A stretch of DNA of 64,000 nucleotides from an uncultured archaeon (GTDB taxonomy: Archaea; Thermoproteota; Nitrososphaeria; Nitrososphaerales; Gagatemarchaeaceae). The stretch lies in the NCBI GenBank assembly GCA_963817525.1, contig CAWFOU010000001.1:1088001-1152000 (forward strand). The letters are read 5' to 3'. Of this stretch, positions 59,273 through 64,000 are shown in pieces. The position numbers and the translations under genes were made by a program. A model generated the notes under the pieces. That model did no database searches. It was given only the letters and a program-made list of their open reading frames with translations, and had not been told where the DNA came from. Every line of letters starts with the position of its first letter. Position 1 is the stretch's first letter.

Positions 59273-59550
59273 GCTCGTCGAACCTGAAGGATCGCGTCGT
59301 CGTCTTGCTGCGTCGCGACATTTCTATTTTGGCGGGTGACAAAGCTCGTGATGTTGCCGTTCTTGTCCATCTTTACCCTGTAACGTGTGATGCCCTTTGT
59401 CTGAATAGTCACGTCTACCAGTACTGAATAGCTGCCGTTGGCCAGTTTACCGAAATCGGAAACTCTCACTTTTGCATCTGATGGGAGAGCCTTTTTCTTC
59501 ACGACGTGATCTCTTGCAATCCGTCTTGCCTCGGCCGGAGCCACGGCCAT
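59263..59550 (-). CDS. Small basic hypothetical protein
   Basis: ATG ORF; helix plus beta pattern ([11 protein letters not shown]). Confidence 0.45.
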   Translation of the reverse strand: MAVAPAEARRIARDHVVKKKALPSDAKVRVSDFGKLANGSYSVLVDVTIQTKGITRYRVKMDKNGNITSFVTRQNRNVATQQDDDAILQVRRAHP

Positions 59551-59608
59551 CCTTCTCAGAACGTGAAAATCGTCTAATAATGCTTTGGCCTAGAGCCTGA
59601 GGGACCGC

Positions 59609-61072
59609 CTACGGTTCGAATCTCTCGCTGGTCCTTGCCTGAAGCATGGGAGGCCCGGCTTGGGCGGCGCCGGAGCCTGAGCTGGGACACGGCCCCGTCT
59701 GGACATAGATTGCAGTCAGCGTCGTGTTGGAGTACAAGGGGACGGACCTTGATGAGTTGGTGTCCCCGTTGTTCGCCCATGACTGGAATATGATGCACCC
59801 GTCGTAACCGTCGGTCATTGTCACGACATAGGTCTGGTCCCTAAACAGGACGAACGGGAGTATGCTCCCCCCGGTGAAGGCCCCCGTGAAGGGCGTGGTC
59901 GAGTTTGGAGGCGTGACCGTCAGCCACATGCCGGGTGTGTGCTGGATGTAGTCGGTGTTGTTGAAGGTCGTTCCGATGACGGTCCCGTTGGCAAATTGTG
60001 CTTGGACATCGAGCGCGGCTGCCTCGTCCACGGGCACGTACTGGTAGAGTCCTTCGAAGCTTGTTGTGGTCAGCCCCGTCGTGTTGAACGTGGTAAGGGC
60101 GTACCTGTTGAGATCCCCGTTGGAGAGCTCCCTCAGGTAGTAGTTACCGTACCAGTAGAAGACCACCTGGAACGGGATGCCCGGCTCCAGGTTGGTGAAG
60201 TTGACCGGGGTGTACCCGCTGGCGATGTAGTATCCGTTAACCCTCAAGTCGACGTAGAACCCGTTGACACGCGTCCCGTTGATGTCCTGGCTGGTGACCG
60301 AGATCGTGTACGGCGTCCCCACGGGAGGCGGCTGGGCGGAGGCCGCGTAGACCGCCGTGTAGGTGACGTCCTGGGCGGTTCCGATGACCGGCATCACCCG
60401 CACCGTGAAGTTGTCGCTCCAGTGGTTGAAGTATTCTTCGCCGCCATCGGTCGCCGTGATAGTAAAGTTTAGGCCCGCGGTGACGTTGAACGTTACAGGT
60501 GTGTATCCGTCGACCAGCACCCCGTCGTTCGACTGCTCCAGGACGACGTAATGCCCTGTGAGGGGCTGCCCGGTCATGCTGACGGAGTCCACCGTGATCT
60601 GTGGAGCGAGCGCTTTGGTCGTGGTCGACGATGTTGTGGTCGTCGAGTTGGTGGTCGAGGAGATGCTCACAGTCGCGGTCGAGGTGGTGCTGCTAGTCGC
60701 GGTCGAGGTGGACGCAGAGGCCGTCGATGTCGCCGTGGTTGTGGTCTGGTTGGTGGTGCTAGTAGACGTTGACGAGGCCGTCGTCGTGGAATTGAGAGTC
60801 GTAGAGGCATCAGTGGTCGAGTTCGACCCGGAGCTCGTCGACACCGTCTCGGTCGTAAGCGGAATGACGTCGATGTTCGGGACGGTCATCTCGGCTGACG
60901 TGGACGCAGTGGATGTCGACGTGCTGGAGGACTGACTAAAACTTGCGGACTCTGAACTGTCTGATCTGGCTGACCCCATCGCCGGCAGCGCCGCTTGGAA
61001 GGCGATTAGGAAGATCACGACCCCGACCCCTACACTGGCTGACGCTAAGAGCGCCTGATGTTTCTTCGTGAT
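59609..61072 (-). CDS. Secreted Ser/Thr-rich glycoprotein with repeated beta-sandwich domains (start uncertain)
   Basis: Signal peptide, long S/T tract, two GYTPV.F repeats, many N-x-S/T sequons. Confidence 0.75.
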   Translation of the reverse strand: MTKKHQALLASASVGVGVVIFLIAFQAALPAMGSARSDSSESASFSQSSSTSTSTASTSAEMTVPNIDVIPLTTETVSTSSGSNSTTDASTTLNSTTTASSTSTSTTNQTTTTATSTASASTSTATSSTTSTATVSISSTTNSTTTTSSTTTKALAPQITVDSVSMTGQPLTGHYVVLEQSNDGVLVDGYTPVTFNVTAGLNFTITATDGGEEYFNHWSDNFTVRVMPVIGTAQDVTYTAVYAASAQPPPVGTPYTISVTSQDINGTRVNGFYVDLRVNGYYIASGYTPVNFTNLEPGIPFQVVFYWYGNYYLRELSNGDLNRYALTTFNTTGLTTTSFEGLYQYVPVDEAAALDVQAQFANGTVIGTTFNNTDYIQHTPGMWLTVTPPNSTTPFTGAFTGGSILPFVLFRDQTYVVTMTDGYDGCIIFQSWANNGDTNSSRSVPLYSNTTLTAIYVQTGPCPSSGSGAAQAGPPMLQARTSERFEP

Positions 61073-61135
61073 TCAGGTCATAATCGCGTGTCTTTATTTA
61101 TCGATATAGAAGGTTTCATCTGTCCACGAATCTAG

Positions 61136-61165
61136 AAGAATGTTAGCAAAGAATGTTAGCAAAGA
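61136..61165. repeat. 13-bp tandem duplication (AAGAATGTTAGCA)x2
   Basis: Read directly from sequence. Confidence 0.85.
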
Positions 61166-61302
61166 TTGGCGGCCGCACCAAAATCATTACGAGTTCTGCC
61201 ATGGAATCGGCTATCTCAAACGCCCATGGAGCTTCTTCTATTGGCTGAAGCAATTTCCAACCCTTGATGAAACGCAGATGTCGGCTCAGACTCTAGGAAA
61301 TG

Positions 61303-62346
61303 CTAGAAGCGCGAGCGCTTGTGGCCAGGGAACACGCCCTCGACTCCGGTCAAGACCACGATCACCCTGACCCTTCCGTGCATGTCCTCCTCGACCCTAG
61401 CGCCCCAGACGATCTTCACTCCTGGTCGGAGAACTTTCGTTATCTCCTCGCCCGCGGCCACGACCTCCTCAAGAGTCACGTCCCCTCCCCCCGTTACATG
61501 CACCAGAACTCCGTACGACTTTGACGCATCGCGCAGGTCTAGGAGTCTGCTGTCTATTGCCTTCTTCGCCGCCTTCTCGATTCTTCCCTTACCAGAAGAT
61601 TCGCCTACGCCTATGGCGGCCAGCCCTCTCCGCTCCATTATCGCCTTCAGGTCTGAGTAGCCGATGTTGATGAGAGATGCCGTTGTCACTGTCTCAGTGA
61701 TGCCCTTCACGAATAGGCCGACCAGTTCGCTTGCTACTCCCAGCGCCTGCTCGAGCGGTAAATCCCCTGCGACCTTGGAGAGCCTGTTATTATCGATCGC
61801 GACCACCGTGTCGCAGTACTCCCGAAGCTCCTCGAGGCCCTTCCTGGCTTTCTTGTACCTGTATCTCTCAAAAGAGAAGGGAAGCGTGACGACGCCGATT
61901 TTTAGGATGCCTTCTCCTGGGACCGCCTTCGCGAGAACGTTTATGGCTCCAGTGCCGGTCCCTCCCCCCAAACCCGCACAAAGGAGGAGTATGCTCGAGC
62001 CAACAACCGCCTTTCTCAGCTCGTCAAGACTTTCCTGGGCTGCCTTTTCACCCACATCAGGATAGCCACCGGCACCTTGACCGTGGGTGAGCTTCTCACC
62101 GATGAGGATCCTTCTGTCGGCTCTCGTCACACTCAAGTGGACGGCATCCGTGTTTGCGGCAATGAGCGTGCCTCCAACCACGCCCTTCTCCTTCAACCAA
62201 GAAACGATGTTGCTGCCGGCCCCGCCCAAGCCTACGATGCATACCTTGGGGCGTGCGGCGAGCATAGAGGCTACTATCTTGTCGGCATCCGACTGATCGT
62301 TGGATGCTGAGTCTCCCCCCATGGCATTCAGCTTTTCGAGTGTCAT
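61303..62346 (-). CDS. ftsZ: FtsZ-family GTPase
   Basis: GLGGAG, ANTD, GLGGGTGTGA, LPFSFE, IDNNRL, WGAR, VLTG. Confidence 0.9.
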   Translation of the reverse strand: MTLEKLNAMGGDSASNDQSDADKIVASMLAARPKVCIVGLGGAGSNIVSWLKEKGVVGGTLIAANTDAVHLSVTRADRRILIGEKLTHGQGAGGYPDVGEKAAQESLDELRKAVVGSSILLLCAGLGGGTGTGAINVLAKAVPGEGILKIGVVTLPFSFERYRYKKARKGLEELREYCDTVVAIDNNRLSKVAGDLPLEQALGVASELVGLFVKGITETVTTASLINIGYSDLKAIMERRGLAAIGVGESSGKGRIEKAAKKAIDSRLLDLRDASKSYGVLVHVTGGGDVTLEEVVAAGEEITKVLRPGVKIVWGARVEEDMHGRVRVIVVLTGVEGVFPGHKRSRF

Positions 62347-62495
62347 TCATAAGAATGAGCAGAGTGAACGAGGTAAACGGAGCAGAAATCCGCCCATCCA
62401 GATTAGGTCATAGCCTGCTCCTTTTGGTCAGCTTAAGCTCCTGACCCTCCAGGGAGAGTTCGAAGAGCGACGAGGAGTTTGGACTCGAACGGTGA

Positions 62496-62534
62496 CGGGC
62501 CCGGCAGGATTCGATTAAATAATTAAGCGAATCC
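62496..62534. repeat. tRNA-3'-like/palindromic direct repeat, copy 1
   Basis: 36 of 39 nt identical to 63930-63968; minus strand ends TCGAATCCTGCCGGGCCCG. Confidence 0.8.
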
Positions 62535-62872
62535 GAGGCGGAGCAATTCGAGTCTCGGATCCCTGCGATCACACCTAGCTTTCTCTTTTCGGTAGGCGCG
62601 GGCGGGCTACCTTGAGAGATCGACCTTATGACCCAGGAGGCCCCTGAAAGAGGTCTAACCGCCGCAAAAAATTCTAGGGAAAATTACTGCAGTTGGATTT
62701 GGACTTCCGCTTCGCTGCCCACGGCTTAAGGCGTCCTAGTTCAGGGAAGCCGAACTGCTGAGTGCGGCAAGTGAAAGGTAGTATTTGTAGTCAATACCAA
62801 ATTCACATTCAAAGGGAAGAGAGAGCACACTTTGTATCTCTCTCTGCTCAGCATGATACTCGAGCCCTGACG

Positions 62873-63166
62873 CTAGACTCGAGGCTCGATTTCCGCTTCC
62901 TTGACGAAGCTCTGGGCCTTCAGGGTCTTCACAAGCTCCTCCGGAGTCACCTTTGCGTTGGCCATCTCCAGATAGAAGAGGTCGTACCCCGTCTTCTTGT
63001 CGTCCGAGCACTCGATTCCTCCCGCGAGAATATCGATGTTCCTCTCCCCCAATATCATGGCAATATTGGCAAGAATCGAAGGGCGAGATTCGACCGTGAG
63101 GTAGAGGTCGAAGACCTTTTCGCCGGGGGGCGATGTTACCCTCATCGACCTTAGCCGCTCGGACAT
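62873..63166 (-). CDS. Stand-alone ACT-domain protein
   Basis: ESRPSILANIAMILGERNIDI. Confidence 0.75.
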   Translation of the reverse strand: MSERLRSMRVTSPPGEKVFDLYLTVESRPSILANIAMILGERNIDILAGGIECSDDKKTGYDLFYLEMANAKVTPEELVKTLKAQSFVKEAEIEPRV

Positions 63167-63249
63167 AAGTCGGACTTGCCCATGGTAGGATTTAAGGGGA
63201 GCGGCTGCGAGATTGCGAACTCGGCTTTGGCAGTCTGCGCGTGAAAAGT

Positions 63250-63272
63250 TGGCGGGCCCGGCAGGGCCCGCA
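63250..63272. repeat. tRNA-3'-like repeat, short copy 2 (forms GCGGGCCC hairpin)
   Basis: TGGCGGGCCCGGCAGG identical to 63927-63942. Confidence 0.7.
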
Positions 63273-63297
63273 CCTAAACGGGTTCGGAAAGTGGATT

Positions 63298-63675
63298 TCA
63301 CTTTCCAATCTCTTTCTGCAGCAGCTCGGCTTGGTGCTTGTCGAACGTTGCGAGGTCTGAGGTCAGCTCTAACGCTAGAGCGATGAATATCGCGTCGTAT
63401 ATCGGGCGGTGGCTCTTGGCCGCAAGAGAGTATCCACGCTTCATCAGTTCTTCCCCTGGACGAATCACTCGAATTCTTCCCGATTCTACCAACCCATAGA
63501 GTATGGAAACATAGGGGACCCCGTCGCCCAGATCTTTTATGAGGAATTGATGCTTCCATACTGCATTGACCGCTTCATACAGGGCCAAGTCGACCGTGAT
63601 TAGGATGTCCCGTTGAAGCAGTTCCTTGCGCCTGAGAAGCCCCTCAACTATGTAACTGCTGTCCGCAACCCTCAA
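63298..63675 (-). CDS. vapC: PIN-domain toxin
   Basis: VADSS, YEAVNA, IYDAIF, TFD acidic residues. Confidence 0.88.
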   Translation of the reverse strand: MRVADSSYIVEGLLRRKELLQRDILITVDLALYEAVNAVWKHQFLIKDLGDGVPYVSILYGLVESGRIRVIRPGEELMKRGYSLAAKSHRPIYDAIFIALALELTSDLATFDKHQAELLQKEIGK

Positions 63676-63890
63676 CGCCTTCTGTCCTCGTTGATCAGCC
63701 TGACCTCTTCGGCGGTCGTCGTCCTAATCTGGTTATTCCGTTGGAGCTTCTCTAGCTTTCCGATGAGCTCGTCAGACTTCCTTGTGCTCAAGTACAGTTC
63801 GAGCGCCTCTCTGACCGACTTTGAAAGCGCTCCGTGTTTGAGGAGCCTCTTCTTTTCTTCATCTGAAACCCGGACGGTAATGGTAGGCAT
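63672..63890 (-). CDS. vapB: RHH antitoxin
   Basis: TITVRVSDEEK...SVREAL; 4-nt overlap with vapC. Confidence 0.82.
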   Translation of the reverse strand: MPTITVRVSDEEKKRLLKHGALSKSVREALELYLSTRKSDELIGKLEKLQRNNQIRTTTAEEVRLINEDRRR

Positions 63891-63920
63891 GTCTTACTCT
63901 GTGTAAGACACTGTGTCTTA
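63890..63920. promoter_or_regulatory. Overlapping inverted repeats, probable vapBC operator
   Basis: TGTCTTAC-N5-GTAAGACA and TAAGACAC-T-GTGTCTTA directly upstream of vapB. Confidence 0.7.
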
Positions 63921-63926
63921 AGGTTT

Positions 63927-63971
63927 TGGCGGGCCCGGCAGGATGCGATTAAGTTATTAAGCGAATCCTGC
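63927..63971. repeat. tRNA-3'-like/palindromic direct repeat, copy 3 (ends in CCA on minus strand)
   Basis: Minus strand GCAGGATTCGCTTAATAACTTAATCGCATCCTGCCGGGCCCGCCA. Confidence 0.8.
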
Positions 63972-64000
63972 TCCTCGTAACGGCGTTTCGAAAATGATAA

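Noticed and set aside
60620-60940. Repetitive GTCGA/GTGGT-rich DNA
   Set aside because: Encodes the Ser/Thr-rich linker of the secreted protein.
62507-62534. Chromosomal dif site
   Set aside because: The TAA/TTA arms are separated by 4 nt rather than 6, and the motif is duplicated and fused to a tRNA-like end.
62496-62640. Complete tRNA gene
   Set aside because: No 5' acceptor strand or D-arm found; reported only as a tRNA-3'-like remnant.

Overview
High-GC archaeal chromosomal window, most consistent with a Nitrososphaerota (Thaumarchaeota)-type genome. This is inferred from G1P dehydrogenase, GINS/MCM/Hel308, paired LysW/LysX carriers, active plus Thr1-less proteasome beta subunits, a zinc ferredoxin and FtsZ. 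It is mostly core genes: proteasome and PAC2, RNA end-processing (aCPSF1, RtcA, RtcB, archease), the LysW-dependent Lys/Arg cluster with argGH and carAB, hisS, rfcS, gins-mcm-hel308 and trxB. An accessory tail follows, with secreted proteins, an SPFH operon, FtsZ, VapBC and tRNA-3'-like repeats. Top observation: carB is interrupted in its conserved GEAGE/FDYSG motif by a 20-nt insert (32748-32767) with bulge-helix-bulge geometry. Canonical endonuclease cleavage restores the reading frame exactly, so this is a candidate tRNA-type intron in an mRNA. Also found: an unannotated C/D-box sRNA predicted to guide 23S Gm2251, three inteins (one in RtcB, two in MCM), a LAGLIDADG gene broken by two short tandem duplications, and several apparent CTG/ACG start codons.
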